62,602 nt of DNA from Cyanophora paradoxa CCMP329 (Eukaryota; Plantae; Glaucophyta), in the NCBI GenBank assembly GCA_004431415.1, contig QPMI01000541.1, forward strand, positions 1-62,602, in the 5' to 3' direction. Below are positions 1 through 13,110 of the stretch, piece after piece; the first letter of the stretch is position 1; each line of letters begins with the position of its first letter. A program made the position numbers and the translations under genes. The notes beneath the pieces are model-generated. The model was not told the DNA's origin. It saw only the letters and a list, made by a program, of their open reading frames with translations, and did not search any database.

Positions 1-3000
1 AGGGGCCGGGGCGCAGCGACCCCCCGAGGCCAACTTCTGCACGGCGAGACATTGGCGCGAAACCCCAAAATTTCCCTGCTCTAGATTGCTCTAAACTGCA
101 CTTCAGACGTGCTCAGTTTCGCGCAATCGTTCGCTGTGCTCCGCTAGAATCTCGGCTGGACATGTATGGCGTCTGGTCGATTTGGCTGGATAAAATAATG
201 GAAAGCGATTGGCGAGAAACTGAAGCGTTTAATACTAGCTAGTATGCATCTTGATGCTAGAGTAAGGCTCAGTTTCGTGCGGATGCGGTACGAAATTTTC
301 GTAGATGTATGGCCATACAAAAGCGACGAGGAAAAGGCCAGTTTCGCGGCGAGCTAGCGAGCTAGCAGCGCGCCGGCCGGCGTCTTATTGCCCAGCGTCG
401 AGTCCCGGAAGGGCAGTTGGGGGGAGCGGGGGGCCTGGGCGGGCCTTGAGCTGCCTTGCGCTGTCGAGGCTGAAGAGGGGCCGGGCGCAGCGACCCCCGA
501 GGCCAACTTCTGCACGGCGAGACATTGGCGCGAAACCCAAAATTTCCCTGCTCTAGATTGCTCTAAACTGCACTTCAGACGTGCTCAGTTTCGCGCCAAT
601 CGTTCGCTGTGCTCCGCTAGAATCTCGGCTGGACATGTATGGCGTCTGGTCGATTTGGCTGGATAAAATAATGGAAAGCGATTGGCGAGAAACTGAAGCG
701 TTTAATACTAGCTAGTATGCATCTTGATGCTAGAGTAAGGCTCAGTTTCGTGCGGATGCGGTACGAAATTTTCGTAGATGTATGGCCATACAAAAGCGAC
801 GAGGAAAAGGCCAGTTTCGCGCGAGCTAGCCGAGCTAGCAGCGCGCCCGGCCGGCGTCTTATTGCCCAGCGTTCGAGTCCCGGGAAGGCAGTTGGGGGAG
901 CGGGGGGGCCTGGGCGGGCCTTGAGCTGCCTTGCGCTGTCGAGGGCTGAAGAGGGGCCGGGGCGCAGCGACCCCCGAGGCCAACTTCTGCACGGCGAGAC
1001 ATTGGCGCGAAACCCAAAATTTCCCTGCTCTAGATTGCTCTAAACTGCACTTCAGACGTGCTCAGTTTCGCGCCAATCGTTCGCTGTGCTCCGCTAGAAT
1101 CTCGGCTGGACATGTATGGCGTCTGGTCGATTTGGCTGGATAAAATAATGGAAAGCGATTGGCGAGAAACTGAAGCGTTAATACTAGCTAGTATGCATCT
1201 TGATGCTAGAGTAAGGCTCAGTTTCGTGCGGATGCGGTACGAAATTTTCGTAGATGTATGGCCATACAAAAGCGACGAGGAAAAGGCCAGTTTCGCGGCG
1301 AGCTAGCCGAGCTAGCAGCGCGCCCGGCCGGCGTCTTATTGCCCAGCGTTCGAGTCCCGGGAAGGGCAGTTGGGGGAGCGGGGGGGCCTGGGCGGGCTTG
1401 AGCTGCCTTGCGCTGTCGAGGGCTGAAGAGGGGCCGGGGCGCAGCGACCCCGAGGCCAACTTCTGCACGGCGAGACATTGGCGCGAAACCCAAAATTTCC
1501 CTGCTCTAGATTGCTCTAAACTGCACTTCAGACGTGCTCAGTTTCGCGCCAATCGTTCGCTGTGCTCCGCTAGAATCTCGGCTGGACATGTATGGCGTCT
1601 GGTCGATTTGGCTGGATAAAATAATGGAAAGCGATTGGCGAGAAACTGAAGCGTTTAATACTAGCTAGTATGCATCTTGATGCTAGAGTAAGGCTCAGTT
1701 TCGTGCGGATGCGGTACGAAATTTTCGTAGATGTATGGCCATACAAAAGCGACGAGGAAAGGCCAGTTTCGCGGCGAGCTAGCCGAGCTAGCAGCGCGCC
1801 CGGCCGGCGTCTTATTGCCCCAGCGTTCGAGTCCCGGGAAGGGCAGTTGGGGGGAGCGGGGGGCCTGGGCGGGCCTTGAGCTGCCTTGCGCTGTCGAGGG
1901 CTGAAGAGGGGGCCGGGCGCAGCGACCCCGAGGCCAACTTCTGCACGGCGAGACATTGGCGCGAAACCCAAATTTCCCTGCTCTAGATTGCTCTAAACTG
2001 CACTTCAGACGTGCTCAGTTTCGCGCCAATCGTTCGCTGTGCTCCGCTAGAATCTCGGCTGGACATGTATGGCGTCTGGTCGATTTGGCTGGATAAAATA
2101 ATGGAAAGCGATTGGCGAGAAACTGAAGCGTTTAATACTAGCTAGTATGCATCTTGATGCTAGAGTAAGGCTCAGTTTCGTGCGGATGCGGTACGAAATT
2201 TTCGTAGATGTATGGCCATACAAAAGCGACGAGGAAAAGGCCAGTTTCGCGGCGAGCTAGCCGAGCTAGCAGCGCGCCCGGCCGGCGTCTTATTGCCCCA
2301 GCGTTCGAGTCCCGGGAAGGGCAGTTGGGGGAGCGGGGGGGCCTGGGCGGGCCTTGAGCTGCCTTGCGCTGTCGAGGGCTGAAGAGGGGCCGGGGCGCAG
2401 CGACCCCGAGGCCAACTTCTGCACGGCGAGACATTGGCGCGAAACCCAAAATTTCCCTGCTCTAGATTGCTCTAAACTGCACTTCAGACGTGCTCAGTTT
2501 CGCGCCAATCGTTCGCTGTGCTCCGCTAGAATCTCGGCTGGACATGTATGGCGTCTGGTCGATTTGGCTGGATAAAATAATGGAAAGCGATTGGCGAGAA
2601 ACTGAAGCGTTTAATACTAGCTAGTATGCATCTTGATGCTAGAGTAAGGCTCAGTTTCGTGCGGATGCGGTACGAAATTTTCGTAGATGTATGGCCATAC
2701 AAAAGCGACGAGGAAAAGGCCAGTTTCGCGGCGAGCTAGCCGAGCTAGCAGCGCGCCCGGCCGGCGTCTTATTGCCCCAGCGTTCGAGTCCCGGAAGGGC
2801 AGTTGGGGGGAGCGGGGGGGCCTGGGCGGGCCTTGAGCTGCCTTGCGCTGTCGAGGCTGAAGAGGGGGCCGGGCGCAGCGACCCCCGAGGCCAACTTCTG
2901 CACGGCGAGACATTGGCGCGAAACCCAAAATTTCCCTGCTCTAGATTGCTCTAAACTGCACTTCAGACGTGCTCAGTTTCGCGCCAATCGTTCGCTGTGC

Positions 3001-5422
3001 TCCGCTAGAATCTCGGCTGGACATGTATGGCGTCTGGTCGATTTGGCTGGATAAAATAATGGAAAGCGATTGGCGAGAAACTGAAGCGTTTAATACTAGC
3101 TAGTATGCATCTTGATGCTAGAGTAAGGCTCAGTTTCGTGCGGATGCGGTACGAAATTTTCGTAGATGTATGGCCATACAAAGCGACGAGGAAAAGGCCA
3201 GTTTCGCGGCGAGCTAGCCGAGCTAGCAGCGCGCCCGGCCGGCGTCTTATTGCCCCAGCGTTCGAGTCCCGGGAAGGGCAGTTGGGGGAGCGGGGGGGCC
3301 TGGGCGGGCCTTGAGCTGCCTTGCGCTGTCGAGGGCTGAAGAGGGGCCGGGGCGCAGCGACCCCGAGGCCAACTTCTGCACGGCGAGACATTGGCGCGAA
3401 ACCCAAAATTTCCCTGCTCTAGATTGCTCTAAACTGCACTTCAGACGTGCTCAGTTTCGCGCAATCGTTCGCTGTGCTCCGCTAGAATCTCGGCTGGACA
3501 TGTATGGCGTCTGGTCGATTTGGCTGGATAAATAATGGAAAGCGATTGGCGAGAAACTGAAGCGTTTAATACTAGCTAGTATGCATCTTGATGCTAGAGT
3601 AAGGCTCAGTTTCGTGCGGATGCGGTACGAAATTTTCGTAGATGTATGGCCATACAAAGCGACGAGGAAAAGGCCAGTTTCGCGGCGAGCTAGCCGAGCT
3701 AGCAGCGCGCCCGGCCGGCGTCTTATTGCCCCAGCGTTCGAGTCCCGGGAAGGGCAGTTGGGGGAGCGGGGGGCCTGGGCGGGCCTTGAGCTGCCTTGCG
3801 CTGTCGAGGGCTGAAGAGGGGCCGGGGCGCAGCGACCCCCGAGGCCAACTTCTGCACGGCGAGACATTGGCGCGAAACCAAAATTTCCCTGCTCTAGATT
3901 GCTCTAAACTGCACTTCAGACGTGCTCAGTTTCGCGCCAATCGTTCGCTGTGCTCCGCTAGAATCTCGGCTGGACATGTATGGCGTCTGGTCGATTTGGC
4001 TGGATAAAATAATGGAAAGCGATTGGCGAGAAACTGAAGCGTTTAATACTAGCTAGTATGCATCTTGATGCTAGAGTAAGGCTCAGTTTCGTGCGGATGC
4101 GGTACGAAATTTTCGTAGATGTATGGCCATACAAAAGCGACGAGGAAAAGGCCAGTTTCGCGGCGAGCTAGCCGAGCTAGCAGCGCGCCCGGCCGGCGTC
4201 TTATTGCCCCAGCGTTCGAGTCCCGGGAAGGGCAGTTGGGGGGAGCGGGGGGGCCTGGGCGGGCCTTGAGCTGCCTTGAGCTGCCTTGCGCTGTCGAGGG
4301 CTGAAGAGGGGGCCGGGGCGCAGCGACCCCCGAGGCCAACTTCTGCACGGCGAGACATTGGCGCGAAACCCAAAATTTCCCTGCTCTAGATTGCTCTAAA
4401 CTGCACTTCAGACGTGCTCAGTTTCGCGCCAATCGTTCGCTGTGCTCCGCTAGAATCTCGGCTGGACATGTATGGCGTCTGGTCGATTTGGCTGGATAAA
4501 ATAATGGAAAGCGATTGGCGAGAAACTGAAGCGTTTAATACTAGCTAGTATGCATCTTGATGCTAGAGTAAGGCTCAGTTTCGTGCGGATGCGGTACGAA
4601 ATTTTCGTAGATGTATGGCCATACAAAAGCGACGAGGAAAAGGCCAGTTTCGCGGCGAGCTAGCCGAGCTAGCAGCGCGCCCGGCCGGCGTCTTATTGCC
4701 CAGCGTTCGAGTCCCGGGAAGGGCAGTTGGGGGAGCGGGGGGGCCTGGGCGGGCCTTGAGCTGCCTTGCGCTGTCGAGGGCTGAAGAGGGGGCCGGGGCG
4801 CAGCGACCCCGAGGCCAACTTCTGCACGGCGAGACATTGGCGCGAAACCAAATTTCCCTGCTCTAGATTGCTCTAAACTGCACTTCAGACGTGCTCAGTT
4901 TCGCGCAATCGTTCGCTGTGCTCGCTAGAATCTCGCTGGACATGTATGGCGTCTGGTCGATTTGGCTGGATAAATAATGGAAAGCGATTGGCGAGAACTG
5001 AAGCGTTAATACTAGCTAGTATGCATCTTGATGCTAGAGTAAGGCTCAGTTTCGTGCGGATGCGGTACGAATTTTCGTAGATGTATGCCATACAAAGCGA
5101 CGAGGAAAAGGCCAGTTTCGCGGCGAGCTAGCGAGCTAGCAGCGCGCCCGCCGGCGTCTTATTGCCCCAGCGTTCGAGTCCCGGGAAGGGCAGTTGGGGG
5201 AGCGGGGGCCTGGGCGGGCCTTGAGCTGCCTTGCGCTGTCGAGGGCTGAAGAGGGGGCCGGGGCGCAGCGACCCCCGAGGCCAACTTCTGCACGGCGAGA
5301 CATTGGCGCGAAACCCAAAATTTCCCTGCTCTAGATTGCTCTAAACTGCACTTCAGACGTGCTCAGTTTCGCGCCAATCGTTCGCTGTGCTCCGCTAGAA
5401 TCTCGGCTGGACATGTATGGCG
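1..5422. repeat. Tandem satellite, ~478-bp unit, ~11.3 copies in window (continues off the left edge)
   Basis: Marker AGGCCAACTTCTGCACGG recurs at ~28, 500, 977, 1453, 1931, 2409, 2888, 3366, 3842, 4333, 4812, 5278. Copies differ mainly by homopolymer indels and one 10-bp duplication (~4265). Array ends abruptly at ~5422. Confidence 0.97.
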
Positions 5423-7426
5423 TTTTCGTCACGATTTTCAGGTTTTGTCGAAATTGCAAGGGGGGGTCAGCTGCTCAAACCCCCCTTGCTACCCGTCGGA
5501 TTGTCTGTCACGCTGTCTTAAGCCGGCCAGTTCGCAACATTAAGATGGCAAAAGTCTTTTTGTGGTACCCCCTGTGAATAAGGCCGGCACCGCCGGACGT
5601 CTCTTTTTGCTGTATCCCGCTTAAGGCTCCTTGCCAACTCCTTAAGGTTGCCGCCGAGTTGCCGGCGCCACAACGAAGTATGCAACCGCAGCGTGCAGCT
5701 AAGCATAATCGCGCCGCCACCCACGCGCCGCGCCTCCGGATCCGCCCGCCGCCCGCCAGCGCTAGCGAGCGCTAGCTCTGCCGCCGCCCTCAAGCTCCCG
5801 TGTACATGTCCCCGTGCCTGGCCCGCGCAGTCCTAGCTGGACGTATATGTCGCCCTAGGCCTCCGCGACTCGCCGTGTACATGTAAGGAGCGCTGCATGC
5901 GCATGTCGCTAGCGCTGCTCGGCTAACCCGGGCGCGCACGGCATCGCGCACGCGGGAGCGCGCAGCGGCCGGCTGCGCGACGCGAGGCCGGCGCCGTGAC
6001 GTGCGGGGCGGTCGGGCAGCGGTCGGCGCGGCTCGCCAGGCGGGACGGAGCCTCGCGATCGTACGCGTAGGCGCGACGCGCGCGCGCGCGACAGCACAGC
6101 TCAGCCGGCGGAGCTCGAGCCGGCCGTGGATCCGGAGGCGCCACGCGCGCGCGGCGCGACAGTCGGCGACCGCGGCGCGGCTCGGCAGGCGGAATGGGGC
6201 GCGCCGCGCCGCGCCGCGGTACCGGTGCGGCGTGGCGCGCGGCGGGGCGCAGCTCTCCGGTCCGGGCAACGGCGCGCGGGGCGGAGGCGCGGGAGGCTGC
6301 GCGGCTCGCCTTCGCCGGGCGGGGCGGAGGAGCGCGCGGCGGGCGGCGCTGCGCGCCGGCCCACTGCAGCTGGGCCAGGCCTACGCCTAGCGAGCGTAGA
6401 TCTAGATAGCCGCTGACCATTTCTTATAGCTATCATTGTTGTATTCTGTCACCGCCCCTACTTTAGACCCCACCTTGCACCTCCTGAGACGAGCGGGGGC
6501 GGGGGCGAGTCGAAGACCTAGTTAAGTATCGACGAAAATATCTGCGTTTGCAGTACTCGGCAGAGTCGGCACTGGGCCATGGGCAGTGGGCACATTGGGG
6601 CATGATCATATGAATGCCCCCCGCATGATTCGACCGGGCATCGATATCGATGGGCCGCCTGATCGGCGTTACTACGTATTTTTTTTTGGAAAGTCTGCTC
6701 CATTCGTACACACATGACAGCAGTCCCCCGCTCCGCGCCTACCGGATACTGGGAAAGCCAAGCTACACTGAGGAAAAAGGGCGAGCTCGGTTCTATAGCT
6801 TGTAGTCGTAGTCGAGCTGATGCTGAAGCTGTAGCCGTCAGGTCGCCCCCAACACATAATATGCGCCGGTCCTCAAGTAGGAGGCGTAGGCATGCTGAGC
6901 TACACGGTCCTAGATGCCCTCTTGCTGGTTCTAAAACATGGCCGCGGCGGCGTTACTACGTATATATATATACGGTATGGTACCGTTCAAGCTTTCAAGT
7001 TTAGTACCCGTTGCAATTGGGTGTGTGTGCTCCAGTACCCCTAGGGGCCCGGTTTATAAAATTATAGTCGTCCCCCTCACTCCTTCCCCGGTTTGACCCG
7101 GGCCCCTAGGGCGTGAAAGCCAATAGGGGGGAGCTCCTCCCACATGTAGGAGGCGCCGCCGGCGCCGCCGCGCCGGCGGGGGATCCGGAAGACTTTTGGA
7201 CCGGCGTACGCGTTGGTCCTGGCCCCTGGGTACGTTACCGCCCCAACTTACCGGTAGTAGCCTATTACCCTGGTAGTAGGTCCGGTACGGAGTACTAGGA
7301 CCGTACGGTATCCGACCGTTTCGGTAATTGCACTTGGTAGTGAAGTTGGTACCGGAAGAGTCGGCTACTAGTAGCTATAGGCTTGTACCCTAGACTCCTA
7401 GAAGCGTGTACTACTCTGTATACGTA

Positions 7427-9424
7427 GGACGGCTTAAATTGCGCATGCCGTTGTTTTAAATTGCCTGGTCATCTTGCAGCTCCGTACCCCTTCTTACCTC
7501 TTCCCCTTGCTCCTCCACTTCCGCCCCCGCGTGGCCCTCTTTCTGACGTCCTCCTGGTTCAGCCCCCTCTTCAGCCCATCCTTCTTGCCCCCGCTTCTGC
7601 AACTGTGACGCCGGGCGGCACTATCTTTTTGCATGCCCCTCCCGCCACTACGTCCCCGGTCTCTTTGCGTCTGCATCCACTTTCCCGGGTCCGCTTGCAG
7701 GCCCCCTCGCCTCCAGAGCTCGCCATCACTTCGGCCTCCCTCGCCTCCGCTCTCGATTCTCCATACCCTTCGAATAGCCGCCTTCTCTCTCCTCCTCCGC
7801 CCTCCCTCCCCCCCTCGAGCTCCGGGTCCTCGGCCTCTGCCCCGCTTCCGAGTGTTGGCGAGACTGTCCTCTTTTCGGTCTCCCCGTCATTCCGGCTCCC
7901 TGCTCCCCCTTCGGCGCCTCGGGTCCCATCTGCGGGTCCTATCCCGCTTCCTGGCGCTCGTGAGATTCGCCGCCGGCGCCCTCGTCGGGCCCTTGCGCCC
8001 TCGAGCTCGTCTCTCTCTGCGCCGCCCATGACCCCCGTGTCATCTGATCCGGCGCCACCTGACCTTTCTCCTGCTTCGCTGCCCTCTCTTCGGCGCCGGC
8101 AGCGATCCCCGTCACCTGCTCGCGGCCCTTCCCCTGCCTCCGGATCCGACCCTTCCTCGGCTCCCTCCTCGCCTCTTCCGCCTCGTAGGCCTCCGCCGCG
8201 TTCCCGTCGGCGGATCTCTCGATCGACCCTGGACTCTCCACCTGCCCCTGTCTGTGGGGTACCTCCGCCGCCGTGTTCGGCGCCGGCTGTCAGTACTTTG
8301 CTCGGTAGCTCCCCCATCGTGGCTCCTCGGGGGCCTCTTCGTCGTCGTCGTTCGCTGGGTTCCGGCTCCGGGTCAGATTTCTCGCCGGGCTTACCTTCTC
8401 CTGGCTCTGCTCCTGGGCCCTCAGCTCCGGGACCGGCTTCCCGATCTCCTCCCGGACTCGTGGTCGTACCCGTCGCCGGCTTGCCGAGCCTACGTCTCCT
8501 TCTACTTCCCTCCGGCGGTTTGCCGGGCCGGACCCTCCGGCCTTTGTTCTTGATACCGGACCGCCGCCTTTGCCTTCGTCTTCTGCTTCGCTGGTCGTAT
8601 CCCGCCGGCGCCGGCGTACTTCGTCTTATAGTTTAGTTCGGTCTAGTTCGGATTCTGATCGTAGTGTTGATGCTAGAGTTAGTTTCAATACTAGCTATAG
8701 TCCTCGTGCTCGACCTGTTGTTCGCCGTCGTTTGCAGTTCGACTGCCCGTCTCGACCCCGGTCGGCTTTAGTGATTCCTTTGACTGTCCTTTTGCCTGCT
8801 CTTGATCCGCCTGCTCCGCCTCCTGTGTCCTCCTCGACCTTGTGCCGTAGCAGTGCCCTTTCGCGTCGTCCTGCTTCGCCTCCGCCTCCGCGTCGTCTTG
8901 TTGTTCCTCTTACTTGTCTGCTTCCTGTTATTTATCTTTCTCAAATTTGTCCTCCGCTTCTTAGTGATGTAATTCCTTCCGATATTGATGGTATCTCTAG
9001 CTCTGGCTCTTCTTCGTGTCAGTCATCCTCTGTCCCTAGATCTGCTCGATTTCTCGTCTCTTCTCGATCTGTCTCGAGCTCTGTGTCTTTTCTTTTTTAT
9101 TGTCGATTTTGGCTCTTTGTCTTATCTTTCTTCGTGCTCTTGTCTTAGTTATTTTGCTTTTTTGTCTTTAGGCCCCCTGGGCAGCCCCCGCAGTGCTGGT
9201 GTCTAGAGACTGTGGCCGGTAATTCACCAAAAAAAAAATGTTTTAAATTGCCGTAAATTGCCGAGACGCCAAATTCGGCAATTTAACGTCTCGGCAATGT
9301 TGCTGGGGGTAGATATGTTCTTAGGCCGCCATAGAGCAAAATTTGGATTCGGCAATTTATCGCCACGGCAATTCGGGTTTTGGGCGAGTTCGGCAATTTT
9401 TCACCACGGCAATTTAAGCCGTCC
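7427..9424. mobile_element. Non-autonomous TIR element (MITE, ~211 bp when the inner insertion is removed), TA target duplication
   Basis: GGACGGCTTAAATTGC (7427-7442) is the perfect reverse complement of GCAATTTAAGCCGTCC (9409-9424). TA flanks both sides. Many AATTGCC/GGCAATT subterminal repeats at 9246-9415. Confidence 0.75.
7466..9238 (+). mobile_element. Poly(A)-tailed retroposon (non-LTR-type insertion, 5'-truncated or non-autonomous) nested in the MITE
   Basis: A10 tail at 9229-9238. 14-bp direct repeat TGTTTTAAATTGCC at 7452-7465 and 9239-9252. Body is strongly C/T-rich and A-poor with Pro/Ser/Arg-rich ORFs; no RT motif seen. Confidence 0.8.
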
Positions 9425-10123
9425 TACAGTAGTACTAGTACGCAACTAACGCTACGTCGCTACCTACCGGTACTGTATATGATGTAATGCGCTCAATCAT
9501 TGAATATTAATGCGTTTTTGGACCCAGACGGGGCCGGACCCCTATTAAATATTATGGCTATTAATGCGGCAGCGAATTCATGCGTTTTGAAACCTTTTTA
9601 ATGCATGTGGGGGGTACAGACCGCAGTTTCTAACGCATTATATTAATTGACAGCAGAAAACGCATTATAATTAAATTGGGGGCGAATTAATATTATGCGT
9701 GCACTAATATTCTTGTATACCGTACTACGGTCAGCGCCGGTCACGCCGTCACGCCGTGTCGGCCCGTGTGACGGTTACTCATTACTTCGGCCTGGCGGAG
9801 TTAAAGTTCAGAGTCGGACTCGTCGAGTCGACGTCGTCGACGCGTCGTACAGGCTGTACAGTTACTACAGTCTGATCTGCTTTCAGTGCGTGCTGCCAGG
9901 CTGAAAAGTGCGTGCTTGCAGGCTGCAGCCTGCAGCACGCTTGGTCAGAGTCAACGCTCAAGCTCGCCAGTGTTGCCACTGCCAGCCTGTGCCAGGCTGT
10001 TGCCAGGCTTAGCTCAGCGGCTGTCTCGTCATCGCCGAGTCCGAAGGTCGATCATCTGATATCTAGATCTTCTGCAACTACAGGCCAGCCGCAGCCGACT
10101 AGCCGTAGAACTGAGGAATTGCG

Positions 10124-12166
10124 ATGGGCGTGGGTTATCACAGCAAGCTCCTCGTTTATGGGGAGAACGGCAAAGTGCTGGCGACGAAGCTGTCCGCGAA
10201 GCCCTACAACCTGACGGACGAGGAGCGCGGCAACCCGTGCAAGTGCGCAAATGGATGCTCATGATCATGCCGCAGTGCATATGCTTAAACTTGCAACTTA
10301 AGCTTGGCAACTAAGAATGCATATGCTTAAACTTGCAACTTAAGCTTGGATGCGCACACATATATATGCTCACATCCATTTGCGTGCACGCATCCTTGTG
10401 ATCATGCATCATGGCATATGCCTTGCAAACTTCGGAATCTGCGGCGCAGGGATTACGAAGCTGCAGGCGTCAAATGGTATGAAATTCAGTCTCAATGCTA
10501 CGATTCGAAGGGAGCATTAAGGACGGATGGGGGCTGCTACGTAAGTTCTTTTCTTTGCCGATTAATATTGCAAGGTTGATTTCCAGCCACTGAGCCCTGA
10601 AATAAATATTGCAACAGGATTCCAGTAAAATAAACTATTACTGGTGCGCGTACGTTTAATTTAACTACTGGGCTACGCCCGGCCCGCAAATGGGCCGCCA
10701 CGAACTATGAGTCGAGTGCCAGCGGGGCATGCGCACGTGCACGTGCACAGTGCATACGCATGCGGACGCTCATATATTAACAAATCGGCGTTCAAACTCG
10801 CAGCGTTAAGTTCGCAACTGCACGCGTTTACGAATCGCTCGAAGATTGCGGTGCGCTGCAGCCGACCACACTGCAGAGCAAGTGCGCGTGCGATCGTGCG
10901 CGCGCGGCATAATCCCGCGTACAGAGAACAATGGGCAACCCGGGCTTCTTGGGAAGTACAGCCTAGCCGGCGTCAGCCCTTCAGATTTGGCGTCCGCGGA
11001 GCAGCTCATGACCATCGCAAAGAACGACTTCGAGAAGCTGTGGTTCCCGAACACCGAGAAGCCACTCTACGTCACCACCAGCCAGACCAAATGCACCTCA
11101 CACAGCCCCACCTCAACGTACTGTTACGACGGAACGTCCGAAGATACGGTAGCCCAGAAATGCGTGCCTGTCAAAGGGTGACCGCGAGCCGTTGAGCGCT
11201 AGCTCCCTTAAGCTTCGAATCGATTCGCGGGTCTAATTGATTTTGTCACGATCGTCTGGACAGGAGCGATGTCGGAAAGTGGGCCTTGGGATACTACAGC
11301 CACAACGCGAATACCCCTCAAATCGAACTCTCGCGCTTCATCCCCACCAAGGACGCCCTCACGGAGGACGAGCTGAAGTCAGTGTGCGAGCTGCCCAAGA
11401 CCCACTTGTACGACGACGTGGCTGGGGCTAAACAGTACTGGTGCGAATTTTACAGTTGCTTGTATTATTAATATATATTGCTCGAATTCGAAACCGCGGT
11501 TCAACGGTTCGCTCGCAACTGATAAAATCTTTCGTTCACTCGTGCGCATTCATGATCAGCTTCTCGTCGTGCGTTCGAAGACCGGCTTCACCCTAATCTA
11601 CCTGTCTTCGTGTTCCTCTTCTTGATCCACGCAACGCTCTCAGATGCTACGGCGCGAAGCCGACGAACGACTGCTACACGTGCTGGGAACTCAACCAAGC
11701 GTTCATTAACAATCAAGATGTGAATGCCTTTGCCCGATCGCCTCCAAACGCCTTCGAATACGAAAGCCCACGGCGTTGGGCCATCTGACTCCGGATCCAT
11801 CCGGCATAATTCAATGCAGGTGGCGAAATGGGACGGTGCTAATTACGACACCGTCTACGAGCAGTGCAAGCGCGGCCAGTGGAATAATGTTCGTCCCGCT
11901 TCAAGCTTCTAGATCTAGAGCTCGCGTCTAGATCCGACCCCGCTTAAATCTTCTAGATCACGAACGTTTGATTTCCGTTGCACGCGTACGTGCAGATATT
12001 CGATGTCAAGGAGGACAACGGCGACGACGCCGCCGACCGCTCGGAGCCGGCGCCGCCGCTGGAATATGTCGACGATGCCGCCGCCGACGACTTGGAGCAC
12101 GACCTCGAGCTCGCCGAAGCCTCTCTCGCTGCAGACCTGGCCGGCGCCTTCGAGATCGATGCCTAA
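10124..12166 (+). CDS. Multi-exon host gene, unknown Cys/Trp/Tyr-containing protein with acidic C-terminus
   Basis: Coding-like blocks bounded by GT..AG: MGVGYHSKLL..., DYEAAGVKWYEIQSQC..., GIIPRTENNG...KCVPVKG, ...SRFIPTKDAL...KQYW, VAKWDGANYD..., IFDVKEDNG...AFEIDA*. Start and exact splice sites inferred. Confidence 0.5.
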
Positions 12167-13046
12167 TGTTTTGATCAGTTGCAGTGCTTTCAGGGTCAGG
12201 GTCAGGGTGCTTTAGACGTGGTTGCCGAACTCGTTTTGTTCAGCGCAACAAGCCGCTGAGCTGAGCAAAGTCGCCCGAAACTTTTGCCAATTGCAATTTG
12301 CTAACGAAGTTAACGCCGCCCGTATACGTAGCTACCGGTATATTATATAGCTCCCCGGACCCACTGGGCCGCATGTACAGTTCCCAGTTTTCCCAAATTG
12401 TCGGAGCCCGGCCGCGGGGCACGCGTACGGCGCCGGTACCCGGTGGGCCACGACAGGCAAGGCTTCCCCGAGATCAGTGATCATGACACTCGTGCTGCCT
12501 GGCGGCGTCGCCGGAGTCGGGCGGCCTCGAGCAGTTGAGCCTTTGAAGGGCGCCGACCGTCGGACGTCGGCCCGAGCGGGGCCGGCGCTGCCCGGGCCCC
12601 GCTCGGGGAACATTCGCTGAGCGCGCGCGCCGCCGAATTTCGAAGGCCCTCGCGATCGGGCATCGACATCGAGATGATAGATATCAGGGCTGCAAAATCC
12701 GCCCATATATATATAATTAATGTTTCCTCCAGGGCCCGGGGACAAGAGCTGCTATAACCGGCCGGAAGCCTGCAGGTGCAGGCTCGTCCATGGGCCAGCT
12801 GCAGGGTTCGACGCCGGCCGGCGCCGGGGCGGGGGGGCTGCAGCTGAAGAGCCGGCGACCCGAGGCAAGGCCCCCCCCCCTCCCCCCGACTGCATACCAG
12901 ACTCCGAGGGCTCCTCATCCGAAAAGAAAACAGGACTGGGGATATTAATTCGAATAGATAGGCGAATATTGCGACCGTCGGACGAACAGGTACGTATACG
13001 CCGCCGGGCCGTGACGTATACGGTGGATAGAGCTCGAGGGCCAACT

Positions 13047-13110
13047 AGGAATGAAGGAAGGCTGAATTAGGAATGAAGGAAGGCTGAACTAGGAATGAAG
13101 GAAGGCTACA
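13047..13110. repeat. Minisatellite, 3 x ~21 bp TAGGAATGAAGGAAGGCTGAA
   Basis: Direct tandem copies visible; a degenerate copy lies at ~13530. Confidence 0.8.

Noticed and set aside
2251-2323. Functional tRNA gene in each satellite unit
   Set aside because: Acceptor, anticodon and T stems do not base-pair; only the promoter-like boxes remain.
305-5318. Many short ORFs in the tandem array
   Set aside because: They are translations of the satellite; frames change between copies through homopolymer indels.
5790-6436. Overlapping Arg/Ala/Gly-rich ORFs on both strands
   Set aside because: Expected from very high GC and few stop codons; no domain motif.
9471-9724. Possible second TA-flanked MITE (AT-rich, AATGCG/CGCATT repeats)
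   Set aside because: Terminal inverted match is only ~7 bp with a mismatch; too weak without other copies.
12190-12208. (TCAGGG)3 telomere-like repeat
   Set aside because: Only three variant units, internal position.
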